Below are positions 9,555 through 18,194 of a stretch of DNA of 24,000 bases, piece after piece. The notes under the pieces are model-generated. The model was not told the DNA's origin, ran no database searches, and saw only the letters and a program-made list of their open reading frames with translations. A program made the translations under genes and the position numbers. How positions within the stretch are numbered: the first letter of the stretch is position 1; every line of letters starts with the position of its first letter. The DNA comes from Candidatus Methanophagales archaeon (GTDB lineage Archaea; Halobacteriota; Syntropharchaeia; Alkanophagales; Methanospirareceae), in assembly GCA_024699715.1 (NCBI GenBank), contig JANPRD010000012.1, positions 10,605 to 34,604 on the forward strand. Direction: 5' to 3'.

Positions 9555-10624
9555 CTCAACACACTCTCATAAACATCTAAAGTTTGCTCCGCAACCTTAT
9601 CCCATGTGAAATTCTTCGCCTTCTCTCTCGATAAGCGGCCCATTCGCTCCAAATCCTCCTTCAATATCTCCTCTATTGCCTCCTTTATCTCACGAGCGGA
9701 AGTCCCGCAGAGTATTCCGTTTCCTTGCACATAATATCTGTTGTCGCTCACATCAGACGCAATTATCGGCAGTCCTGATGCCATCGCCTCAAGTATTGTG
9801 ATTGGCTGTGCCTCAAGTTTTGACGGCAAAATGAAAATATCAATACTGCGGTAGAAGGAAGGGGCATCATCTACATATCCCAACACCCTTATCCTCTCAT
9901 TTTCCGCCTTTTTAAGTCGCTTTAACAGCGGACCCGTCCCCGCAATCTTTAAATTTATCCGCCTCCCCTCCAAAATCAGCTTCTTTACCGCTCTCACCAT
10001 GTTCAGCACATTCTTCTCGTGTGAGAGCCTGCCGAGGTAGCCGATGCATATCTCTCTTTCTTCACGACGACCCCCGCAGCAGCCTTCCTCCGCTCCTTCC
10101 TCCGCCGTCTCAAGTTCCCATCTCGGCTTGAATCTCTCAATATCAACGCCGTTCGGAATGACGACCGTCTCTGTCTCGTTGTTGCAATATCGCCGTATTT
10201 CCTCCGCAATCGTCCTCGCTACGGAAATAAATTTCTTTGAGCGTCCTGCGTAGAGAGATGCCAGCGTTCCTATCAAAACACGGGCAAGTTCCCCCTCAAA
10301 ACCCTCCCCTATTTGAATGTGGAATGTGTTGATGACGCTTATTTCGCTGCAAATAGACGAGAATGGCATGAGGAATTCAGAAAATGTCGCCGCATGATGA
10401 ATATGAAGGATGTCAAATCCCCCAATCTCTCGCCTTATTTTCTTCAGAGCGATGTCAAATCCGTATGAGATGCCGCCTTTGTGGTTCCCTACCATTAGGG
10501 AATCAAGCGAGAATTGGTTTATTTTCTTCACCTCGTGTCCCCTGCGTTCAAATTCTTTTGAGAGCGCTTCAACATGCGTTTTTATACCTCCATGCACATT
10601 TCGGTAGTAAAATGCAATTCGCAT
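9551..10624 (-). CDS. Glycosyltransferase family 4 (GT-B fold), copy 1
   Basis: ORF 9551..10672 opens on TTG. The likely start is the ATG at 10624 (MRIAFYYRNVHGGI..), which is shared with copy 2. The C-terminal PSKLEAQPITILEAMASGLPIIASDV is the E-x7-E motif of GT4 enzymes. Confidence 0.85.
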   Translation of the reverse strand: MRIAFYYRNVHGGIKTHVEALSKEFERRGHEVKKINQFSLDSLMVGNHKGGISYGFDIALKKIRREIGGFDILHIHHAATFSEFLMPFSSICSEISVINTFHIQIGEGFEGELARVLIGTLASLYAGRSKKFISVARTIAEEIRRYCNNETETVVIPNGVDIERFKPRWELETAEEGAEEGCCGGRREEREICIGYLGRLSHEKNVLNMVRAVKKLILEGRRINLKIAGTGPLLKRLKKAENERIRVLGYVDDAPSFYRSIDIFILPSKLEAQPITILEAMASGLPIIASDVSDNRYYVQGNGILCGTSAREIKEAIEEILKEDLERMGRLSREKAKNFTWDKVAEQTLDVYESVLR

Positions 10625-10743
10625 TGCACACTCCCACCTCACACACGCTCTCCTTGAATTCAAAACGCTCAACGCTTTTTAAAACTTGCGGGAGTAGAAG
10701 GGCAGAGAAGGGCAAAGAAGAGCAAAAGGTGAGCAAGGGGTAG

Positions 10744-12622
10744 ATGGATATGAGGACTTGGAGCAAGAACCGTGAATTTCTCGCCGTTTCCACGCTTACT
10801 CTCGCATTCTTCTGCCTCGCAGTATTCAATTTAGGCTCTCTCCACATTCCCGATTCATGCTGGCAACCCTCCGCTTTTGCGCATGCCGTCGGGCTTAAGT
10901 GGGACGAGAAGATTGAGGTAATTGTCGCTCTTAATAGCACGCTCAACAGCACGGAGAACGCCGAGAAACTTCACAAAAAACGCACTTAACGGCACTTCTA
11001 CAACACAAGTGGGAGCGATTTACATCTTTCTGAACGATGCGAACACGACAAAATTTGAAGTTTTCGGCAAAGGAGACGGCGTCCAATGGCGGAAACTCCA
11101 CACATACGACAACTCAAAGAGCGTTCATTTCTGCAATTGGGAGCGGATTGCGTTGAACACGAATGCATCCTTCTTGAAGTTCGTTTTTGAGCCTACAGAC
11201 GGGAAAGTAGGGGAGATATTTGTGATTTCGCCGAGAGGCGAGAAGATTAACGCAAGCGTTCGCTATTTCGGTGTCAGCAGCAGTCGCAAAAGCAATAGCA
11301 GAAACGGAAGCGGGGAGTGGAATTTGAGCGGAGTTGCGGACCCGAGAAGGCTTTTTGACGAGCAAGCGCTGGATGTGCCTCTGACGCAAGAGAGCGGTGC
11401 ATATTTTGACGAGATGTATTTTGTGCGAACCGCATGGGAACACATTCACTTCAAAGAGCCTTACGAGTGGACGCATCCCCCGCTCGCCAAGTTAATAATC
11501 GCTGCGGGCATTCTGCTCTTCGGAATGAACCCTTTTGGGTGGCGAATTTTCGGCGTTATTGCGGCGACTGCGATGATTCCTCTCGTATTCGTCCTTGCGA
11601 AGCGCATATTCAGGAGCTCTGCGGGGGCTTTCTTCGCATCCTTCCTGCTCACTTTTGACTTCATGCACTTCACCCTCGCAAGGCTTGCAACAGGCGAAAT
11701 CTTCATCATGCTCTTCTCACTCTTAATGTTCTTTTTCGCTGCATCTTTCATTTTCACCGACAGAGGCATGCGGATATTCAGAAGGAATAATAGTGATTTC
11801 TGCCTGTTCTTAAGCACTGTCTCTTTCGGTTTGTGCTTTGCAGTGAAATGGACAGCATTTTACGGCTTCATCTCTGTTATTGTTCTCGTGCTTCTCACGA
11901 ATTTTTTGCGTCGTGAGCAAATCTTGAATGGCTTCAGAGGTATTTTCGCAGGTTTGCTCGTCTCTTCCGCAATATATATCGCTTCTTACATACCTTATAT
12001 GCTTTGCGGTCATTCCCTCTTTGATGTTTTTCTGCTGCAATTCACGATGTTCGGCTACCACGCAGGCTTAAGAGCGACGCATCCTTTCGCATCGGCGTGG
12101 TGGTCCTGGCCTCTAATGCTGAAGCCGCTTTGGCTCTTCGTGAATCCGCTTGACAGCAAGGTCTCAACAGTGGTTCTGCTCGGAAATCCTGCGATTTGGT
12201 GGGGTGGTCTCGCAGCCATCGCTGCGATTTCTGTCTCTTTCGTTAAAACAAGAAGAGAAAGGAGAAGTGCAGATGCGGGTATTGGCGGGATTGAGTTTGA
12301 AGGGATTGAGTTTGAGGGGAACAAGCGGGAAGTAAAACTCTTCATTTTGCTCCCATTTTTCTTGCAGTGGCTCCCTTTTGCGGCGGTCACGAGAATCCTT
12401 TTCATTTACCACTTCGCCCCGAATGTGCTTTTCTTAGTTCTCGCCCTCGCTTACTGGCTTGACGCCCTCTGGCGAGATTCAACAGCGTCAAAAGGAATAG
12501 TCGTTGCGTTCCTCGTCCTTACAGCGTCGCTCTTCGTCCTTTTCTACCCCGTGATTTCAGGCTTTCCGATTGAAGAGGCATACAGAGAGAGCCTGAAGTG
12601 GCTTCCCAGCTGGATTTTCTGA
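10744..12622 (+). pseudogene. PMT/GT39-family dolichyl-phosphate-mannose protein mannosyltransferase with an N-terminal TM anchor and an extracytoplasmic beta-rich domain, copy 1, frameshifted near 10960
   Basis: ORF 10744..10989 (TM anchor, ..NSTLNSTENAEKLHKKRT*) and ORF 10922..12622 (..NFTKNALNGTSTTQVGAIYIF..DEMYFVRTAWEHIHFKEPYEWTHPPLAKL.., multi-TM) are in different frames. Copy 2 reads ..NSTENARNFTKNALNSTSTTQVGAIYIF.. in one frame. The copy offset changes from 11932 to 11931 across this site. Confidence 0.8.
12287..12316. repeat. 2 x 15-bp tandem repeat (gggattgagtttgaR) encoding GIEFEGIEFEG in a PMT loop
   Basis: Seen directly in the sequence and in the translation ..GIGGIEFEGIEFEGNKRE.. 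Confidence 0.8.
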
Positions 12623-12728
12623 GAGAGAGCGAGGGTTGCGTGATGTCGTCTCACTGTCTCACTTTGTCCCCATTTCATTCGCACCTTAAATCTTATAGTG
12701 GGGGTTATGCATGCTAAATGCAATAGTA

Positions 12729-12738
12729 TTTATATAAA
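12729..12738 (+). promoter_or_regulatory. Candidate archaeal TATA box (tttatataaa) for the 12773 gene
   Basis: Near-consensus TTTATATA sits about 35 nt upstream of the ATG at 12773. A purine-rich aggagggtgaggggg stretch (SD-like) lies between them. Confidence 0.4.
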
Positions 12739-12772
12739 GAATGTGGAATAAGGAGGGTGAGGGGGTGGTAGT

Positions 12773-13057
12773 ATGGCGAAGATAAGTATAGAGGCGGATT
12801 CGTTGGAGGAGGTTCGGGAGATATTGAGGGAGAAGCCGAGATTTCCGGAGGGTTTAGTCCCGCTGGTGCAGGACATAGAGCGGGTGCTTGAGGCGGTTGA
12901 GCGTGCGAAGTCAGAAGACCCGAGGGGGCGTGCGAAGCGTAAGATAGCGGAATATGCTGGTATTAGGGATGCTGCAAAGGTCGGCGAGATTCTGCGTTTG
13001 CTTGAGCGACACCGCATCGTTCAGCGAGAATCCAGAGGCAGATGGAAAACGATTTGA
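12773..13057 (+). CDS. Small putative winged-helix DNA-binding protein (94 aa)
   Basis: The ORF has an ATG start, a TATA box and an SD-like element. The C-terminal IAEYAGIRDAAKVGEILRLLERHRIVQRESRGRW looks like helix-turn-helix plus wing. I recognise no family. Confidence 0.55.
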   Translation: MAKISIEADSLEEVREILREKPRFPEGLVPLVQDIERVLEAVERAKSEDPRGRAKRKIAEYAGIRDAAKVGEILRLLERHRIVQRESRGRWKTI

Positions 13058-13065
13058 GCGCCGCT

Positions 13066-13113
13066 CTCTTTTATTTTTTCCAATTTTTCCGTTTCCAATT
13101 TTTCCGATTTTTT
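13066..13113 (+). terminator. Oligo-T terminator region containing a 15-bp-period direct repeat (ttccaatttttccg x2)
   Basis: T-runs sit directly after the stop at 13057 (cttttatttttt, then T5, T5, T6). Repeat units are at 13078-13091 and 13093-13106. Archaeal termination typically uses oligo-T tracts. Confidence 0.4.
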
Positions 13114-13130
13114 GCTCGCAGAAGCGAAGG

Positions 13131-13139
13131 TTTATTTTT
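13131..13139 (+). promoter_or_regulatory. Candidate TATA-like box (tttattttt) for the 13169 gene
   Basis: An A/T box lies 30 nt upstream of the ATG at 13169. Confidence 0.3.
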
Positions 13140-13168
13140 GAGGGGTGTGAATAAAAGAAGAGGATAGA

Positions 13169-13744
13169 ATGGCGGAGGAAGAAGGAGGATTCTTTGCGAT
13201 TGAAAACGACGATGTGGCGACGCAGGCGCAGATTAAAAAGATTTATGCCCTTTTACATCGGCTCGGAAAGGACCCGCAGAAATTCAAGGAGGAAAGAGGT
13301 TTCACGAACTACGCAAAACTGACGAAGAGGCAGGCATCAGAGCTTATTGACGAGCTTGAGCGGGAGGAGTTCAGAAAAATAGAGGAGGAAGTGAAGGCAA
13401 AAGCGGAACAAACCTCTGTGGTAGAAACGCAGCAGGCACCGTCCCAACCGATACAACAGATACAACAGACACAACAGGCACAACAGGCACAACAGACCAC
13501 GAATGCAAGGGAGAGCGTGGCACAGGAAGCAGTTGAGCTTCGGCGAGAAGCGTTGGTAAAGGAGGCGGAGGAGGTTGCTCGTGCTGCGAGATTAATGCGT
13601 AGGTGCGTGAGCGAGGCGAAGCGGATTGTGGAGGAGGAGATGCCTTTCGTCGTGAGCGAGGCGATAAAGGCAAAAACTATCGGCTCAATCGCCGCAACTC
13701 TATTCATTCAACTTGAAAGCAGGAGCTATCGGTGGGAAGAGTAA
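13169..13744 (+). CDS. Hypothetical protein (191 aa) with an N-terminal ATQAQIKKIYALL..LTKRQASELIDEL module, a Q-rich repeat and a charged helical C-terminus
   Basis: The ORF has an ATG start. The N-terminal module resembles small DUF3072-type domains (assignment from memory, low certainty). The central IQQIQQTQQAQQAQQ is encoded by the 9-bp repeat. Confidence 0.55.
   Translation: MAEEEGGFFAIENDDVATQAQIKKIYALLHRLGKDPQKFKEERGFTNYAKLTKRQASELIDELEREEFRKIEEEVKAKAEQTSVVETQQAPSQPIQQIQQTQQAQQAQQTTNARESVAQEAVELRREALVKEAEEVARAARLMRRCVSEAKRIVEEEMPFVVSEAIKAKTIGSIAATLFIQLESRSYRWEE
13451..13495. repeat. 5 x 9-bp imperfect tandem repeat (RyAcaacag) encoding (I/T/A)QQ
   Basis: Units atacaacag, atacaacag, acacaacag, gcacaacag, gcacaacag read directly from the sequence. 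Confidence 0.85.
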
Positions 13745-13892
13745 GCGAAGCGAGGTAGGCGTATAGGGTAGTTGCAGAGGAAAGGATATGGCTGTCTATA
13801 AAGAGACAGACACTAATGCATTTGAAAAGAGATAAAGCGCTGTGAGATAGAAGAGCGGAATGGGCTTTTTAGGGCGAATAAATTATTCGCAC

Positions 13893-15272
13893 TTACGAAA
13901 CAATTTGCATTTTCGCCACCAGAATCGTCGGAGAGGCAATATTGTAAATCTGTCTGCTGTCTTTTGCGACGATTTCAACACGCTTCAGCATCTCAACCGA
14001 GTTTCCTACAAGCATAACCTCACGCAGCGGCTTCAATTCACCTCTTTTCACTGAAAATGCGTTTTGAGCGACAACAGAAAATGCGCCTGATGTTGCGTCT
14101 GCGGTGTGCGCACCAATCACATCGCTCACAAGTATGCCCTCGTTCAACTCACGCAAAATTTCTTCACGAGTGGCATCGCCTCGCTCAATGATGAAGTTCG
14201 TTGCTCCCACTGAAGGTGGCTGGTCGTAGCCCCTGACTGCGTTTCCCGTGCTTTCAACACCGTCCTTTGATGCGGTGTATGTGTCGTATAGGAAATTTTT
14301 GAGGATGCCCCGCTCAATAAGCACCGTTCTTTGCGAAGGAACGCCCTCTCCATCCATTTTTCTCGTGTTCAAGCGACCTTCTGCAGTGCCGTCGTCAACA
14401 ATTGTGAGCATTTCAGATGCAATTTCTTCGCCCAACCGACCTTTGTAAGGTGAGCGGTTCCGCTGCACATTCTCCGCACTGAAATGTCTGACGGTTGTGT
14501 AAGCGAGTATGCTCTGCACCGCTCTCGGCGAGAGAACAACAGGCATTTCCTTCGTCTCCGCTTTCTGACCACCGAGGCTCCTCAACGCAAGCAGTGTTGC
14601 CTCCTCAGAAATCCAACGCAAATTCAAATCGCTCAAACGCCTTTTTGCCTCCCCTTCGCTGCCTGCGATTTCCTCTGCAGAACCTCCCTCTGCTGTTTTG
14701 CTGCGTGCAACGACAGTTATGCCTGCGGATGCGAAAGTCCCGCTGTCCTCCGCAGAAACGCCTTCTGAGTTCAAAATGAAAATATGGTCGTAAGCAACGG
14801 AGAAGCCGCCTTCAGTAGGCTCGCAGGAGACGCCTCCCCCTCCGCTTCCGCTCTCATCCTCGCAAGCTCCTCTGACGCCTTCAAGCAGTTCAGACGCAAT
14901 ATCTAAAGCATCTTCAGGCGAATTGCAGAGCTCAACGATGCGTTTGTCGTAAGCACCTGCGGTTCGGTAGCGTTCTGGTGAAACTGCGGGAAGCCCGCAG
15001 AACTCCTCATCCGCTTCAGACGCCTTCGCCCTCCTTACCGCCTCTTCAACGCACCTGCGCAACGCATCATCGCTCAAGTCAGTCGTGTAAGAGAAGCCAA
15101 CTTTATTTGCGACGACCGCTCTGATGCCAACACCCCTGCTCCTGAATCTTTTCACTTGCTTCACGCTCCAACGCTCAAAATCTATGCTTAATCCTTCCGC
15201 ATGCTCACCGTAGATCTCAACCTGCTCGCAAGAATCTGCAAAACGCAGCGCCCTCTCCAAAATCTCGTGCAT
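13893..15272 (-). CDS. TldD/PmbA family protein (peptidase U62-type)
   Basis: 459 aa. The N-terminus ..VEIYGEHAEGLSIDFERWSVKQVKRFRSRGVGIRAVVANKVGFSYT.. and C-terminus ..GILVSDVIGAHTADATSGAFSVVAQNAFSVKRGEL are typical of the family. A GGAGG SD sits just upstream. I saw no HExxxGH motif, so it is more PmbA/TldE-like. Confidence 0.85.
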   Translation of the reverse strand: MHEILERALRFADSCEQVEIYGEHAEGLSIDFERWSVKQVKRFRSRGVGIRAVVANKVGFSYTTDLSDDALRRCVEEAVRRAKASEADEEFCGLPAVSPERYRTAGAYDKRIVELCNSPEDALDIASELLEGVRGACEDESGSGGGGVSCEPTEGGFSVAYDHIFILNSEGVSAEDSGTFASAGITVVARSKTAEGGSAEEIAGSEGEAKRRLSDLNLRWISEEATLLALRSLGGQKAETKEMPVVLSPRAVQSILAYTTVRHFSAENVQRNRSPYKGRLGEEIASEMLTIVDDGTAEGRLNTRKMDGEGVPSQRTVLIERGILKNFLYDTYTASKDGVESTGNAVRGYDQPPSVGATNFIIERGDATREEILRELNEGILVSDVIGAHTADATSGAFSVVAQNAFSVKRGELKPLREVMLVGNSVEMLKRVEIVAKDSRQIYNIASPTILVAKMQIVS

Positions 15273-15353
15273 TTCCTCCAGCGAAGAAAATGAGAAGAAA
15301 AGAGGAGAAAAAGAGAAGCAAGGAGCAAAGGAGGAATAGGAGCGAATAGCCGC

Positions 15354-17015
15354 TCACATTCCGCCTACGCCTGGATACCCGCCTCCTTCTGGCATGCCTC
15401 CCTCCCCTGGTGCAGGAGGCTTGAACTCCTCACGCTTTGAAGCGATCACATCGTCTATGCGAAGAATCATCGTTGCTGCTTCCACTGCGGATGAGACCGC
15501 CTGCTTCTTCGTTCTCAAGGGTTCAATCACGCCTCGCTCCCACATGTCCACGATTTCTCCCGTGTAGACATCCAAACCAGCGTTCTTATTTCCTGCTTCG
15601 TGAGCTGCCTTCAACTCAACCAACTTGTCAATGGGGTCAAGTCCTGAATTCTCCGCAAGCGTTCTCGGAATGATTTCAAGCGCCTCGGCAAACTTCTCTA
15701 CTGCGAGCTGCTCCCTCCCCTTCAGCGTCGTGCTGAATTCTTTGAGGCGTAGTGCGAGCTCTGTCTCAACTGCGGCGCCGCCTGCAACCGCCTTACCGTC
15801 CTCAAGAATGGATGAAGCCACCTTTAAAGCGTCGTTAAGCGAGCGCTCAATCTCGTCAACGACATGCTCCTCTCCGCCACGAACGACAATTGAAATTGAG
15901 CGTGGGTTCTCACATTCTTCAACGAAAACCATGCGGTCGCCTGCAATTTTCCGCTCACGAACGAGACCTGCATGACCCAACTCAGCTTCGCTCAACTCTT
16001 CAATGTTGTTCACGATTTTACCGCCTGTCGCCCTCGCAAGTCGCTCCATGTCGCTCTTTTTCACCCTGCGAACCGCAAGAATGCCCTCTTTTGCGAGGTA
16101 ATGCTGCACAACATCGTCTATTCCCTTCTGACAGAATACGACATTCGCACCACTCGCCTTTATTTTCTCTACCATTTTACGCATCATTCGCTCCTCTTCG
16201 TCCAAGAATGCCTTCATCTGCTCCGCTGAACGAATGCGAATCTCAGCATCCGTCTCCGTCTTCTTGACCTCTAAAGAGCAGTTAAGCAGCGCAATCTTCG
16301 CATTCTCAACCCTCTTCGGCATCCCTGGGTGAACAACTTCCTTGTCAATTGCGACGCCGTTCACAAGAATCGTGTCTGCGATTTTACCACCCGTCTTCTT
16401 TTCAATGTTCAAGTTGTCAAGGTCAACGGAGAAGCCACCATCCGTTTTTTCAGCGATGCTCTTCACAGCAGATACGGCGATGTCTGCGAGGAAGTCCCCT
16501 GCTGCTTCCGCAAATTTCCCAGTGATTGAAGTCTTCGCAACCTTACGCATCACATCCTCACGCACGCTCTCTTCACTGACATCCACAGCGACGCCATCAA
16601 GTATTTCTTTCGCCTTCTCAGCAGCCATCCGGTAGCCTGAGGCAATCACCGTCGGATGCAATTCCTGCTCAAGCAGTTCTTCAGCCTTCTTAAGCAGTTC
16701 GCCTGCGAGAACAACCGCTGTCGTCGTGCCGTCACCAGCTTCTTCGTCCATCGTTTTCGCAACCTCCACCATCATTTTCGCCGCTGGATGCTCTATGTCC
16801 ATCTCCTTCAGAATCGTGACGCCGTCGTTCGTTACGACAACATCGCCGAGCGTGTCAACGAGCATCTTGTCCATCCCTTTCGGTCCGAGCGTCGTCCTCA
16901 CCGCAGATGCGACCGCCTTCGCCGCATTTATGTTGTTCGCCTGCGCATCCCTGCCTCTCGTCCTTGATGTGCCTTCCCTCAAAATAAGCACAGGAATTCC
17001 TCCCATTCCAGCCAT
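15354..17015 (-). CDS. ths: Thermosome subunit (group II chaperonin)
   Basis: 553 aa. [43 protein letters not shown] and [15 protein letters not shown] match the family, as does the Gly/Met-rich tail ..[15 protein letters not shown]. Confidence 0.95.
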   Translation of the reverse strand: MAGMGGIPVLILREGTSRTRGRDAQANNINAAKAVASAVRTTLGPKGMDKMLVDTLGDVVVTNDGVTILKEMDIEHPAAKMMVEVAKTMDEEAGDGTTTAVVLAGELLKKAEELLEQELHPTVIASGYRMAAEKAKEILDGVAVDVSEESVREDVMRKVAKTSITGKFAEAAGDFLADIAVSAVKSIAEKTDGGFSVDLDNLNIEKKTGGKIADTILVNGVAIDKEVVHPGMPKRVENAKIALLNCSLEVKKTETDAEIRIRSAEQMKAFLDEEERMMRKMVEKIKASGANVVFCQKGIDDVVQHYLAKEGILAVRRVKKSDMERLARATGGKIVNNIEELSEAELGHAGLVRERKIAGDRMVFVEECENPRSISIVVRGGEEHVVDEIERSLNDALKVASSILEDGKAVAGGAAVETELALRLKEFSTTLKGREQLAVEKFAEALEIIPRTLAENSGLDPIDKLVELKAAHEAGNKNAGLDVYTGEIVDMWERGVIEPLRTKKQAVSSAVEAATMILRIDDVIASKREEFKPPAPGEGGMPEGGGYPGVGGM

Positions 17016-17098
17016 TTTCTCACCCCCGCTTCTCTCGCTCTCTTCTCTTGCTACCCCCTTTTAACTTTCCCTCTGCCACCCATACATTTCTCCTTCTA

Positions 17099-17108
17099 CT
17101 TATAATTT
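17099..17108 (+). promoter_or_regulatory. A/T-rich TATA-like element (ttataattta) in the thermosome/ATPase divergent intergenic region
   Basis: This is the only strong A/T box between 17016 and 17114. It lies only about 7-16 nt from the TTG start at 17115, so either the true start or TSS is further downstream or this box serves another purpose. Confidence 0.25.
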
Positions 17109-17114
17109 AAGCGT

Positions 17115-18194
17115 TTGGAAGTGCGAAACTACAAGAGTTTGAGGGCTGTCAAAGTGCGATTTGAGCAGTTTAATGTCCTCGTCGGCTTGAACGCAAGCGG
17201 AAAGAGCAACATCATTGACTGCCTCTCGCTTGTCTCCGAAAGTCTGCAAGTTTTCGGCAACATCTCGCAAATCCTTAAGCGAAGAGGAGGATTTAAGCAT
17301 GTAGTATTTCAAGGCGAGGAGGAATTTGATGTGAAAGTGGCTTTCTCTGTCGGGAAAAATAAGTGCGAATATTACATGAAAGCAACAGAGGAAGAAATAG
17401 AAGAAAGATGGTTGAAAATTAATGGGAAGAATTTCATTCAACAGCAGAAAGGAGATGGAAAGTATCTTACAGAGGACTATTCGGAGGTTAAATTAGATAG
17501 GGAATGGGAAAGACTTGCTGCCAGACGACATCTTAAGTGTGCGAAAGAAATTTCGGAATGCTTGGATTACTTGAGCAAGTGGCATTTTTACAGTTTTTCA
17601 ACGCCTGAAATCCGAAGGACGCTGCCTGCGAAGAAGAGTTTTGCTCTCAAGCGGGACGGAAGCAACTTGGCTCAAGTCTTACTTTCACTGCGGACGGAGA
17701 GACCGAAGATTTTCGCTGAAATTGAAGAGATGTTGAAACTCGCAATTCCTGATGTGGAGGAGCTTTTGACGCCTCTTACTGAGGGAGGAGAAACATTTGT
17801 GGCAGTAAGGGAGAAGGGTTTTGAGCATCCTTTTGACTACTACCAACTTTCAGATGGCACTTTGAGACTGCTCGCACACATAACTGCGTTGAATTTGGAT
17901 GCGGAATTGGTGTGTTTTGAGGAGCCGGAGAATTTTGTGCATCCTTATTTACTGCGTTTACTCGTTGAAGTCTTAAAGAAGAGCGGGAAACAGGTGATTC
18001 TCTCAACGCATTCTCCATATTTCTTGGATTTCGTGGAGCCAGAGGATTTAATAATCGTGGAAAAGAAGCGAGGAGAGACGAAAGTGAGGAGGATAGAGGA
18101 TGAAGAAGAGAAGAATAGGGTAAGAAAGCTTTTAGAAGATGGAATACCGCTTGGGGAAGTATATTATAGTGGTGCGTTGAGTGGTGAAGAATGA
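17115..18194 (+). CDS. ABC/SMC-type AAA ATPase (AAA_21 / OLD-N-terminal-like), no transporter partner
   Basis: 359 aa. Walker A: GLNASGKS (17184-17207). Signature-like: YQLSDGTLRLL. Walker B: LVCFEEPE (17907-17930). Also QVILSTHSP. The start codon is uncertain (TTG at 17115, GTG at 17121). The gene is AT-rich. Confidence 0.85.
   Translation: MEVRNYKSLRAVKVRFEQFNVLVGLNASGKSNIIDCLSLVSESLQVFGNISQILKRRGGFKHVVFQGEEEFDVKVAFSVGKNKCEYYMKATEEEIEERWLKINGKNFIQQQKGDGKYLTEDYSEVKLDREWERLAARRHLKCAKEISECLDYLSKWHFYSFSTPEIRRTLPAKKSFALKRDGSNLAQVLLSLRTERPKIFAEIEEMLKLAIPDVEELLTPLTEGGETFVAVREKGFEHPFDYYQLSDGTLRLLAHITALNLDAELVCFEEPENFVHPYLLRLLVEVLKKSGKQVILSTHSPYFLDFVEPEDLIIVEKKRGETKVRRIEDEEEKNRVRKLLEDGIPLGEVYYSGALSGEE

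Larger units (their letters stand above)
6557..12069 (+). repeat. Segmental duplication, copy 1 (six-gene block plus the DUF4276 3' end)
   Basis: Collinear with 18473..24000. ORF-track offsets are 11919 (6798 to 18717), 11932 (8640 to 20572, 9551 to 21483, 10744 to 22676) and 11931 at the window end. Confidence 0.9.

Noticed and set aside
13745-13892. Small hairpins (ctgtct-ataaag-agacag and gcgaat-aaatt-attcgc) as a possible ncRNA
   Set aside because: The stems are only 6 bp, in a convergent intergenic region. This is compatible with incidental or terminator-associated structure and is not enough to call an RNA gene.
15437-17064. Multiple plus-strand ORFs (60-125 aa) across the thermosome gene, and similar antisense ORFs in cofD, GT4, TldD and PMT
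   Set aside because: They are antisense to strongly supported genes, show biased Ser/Pro/Arg composition and have no recognisable motifs.
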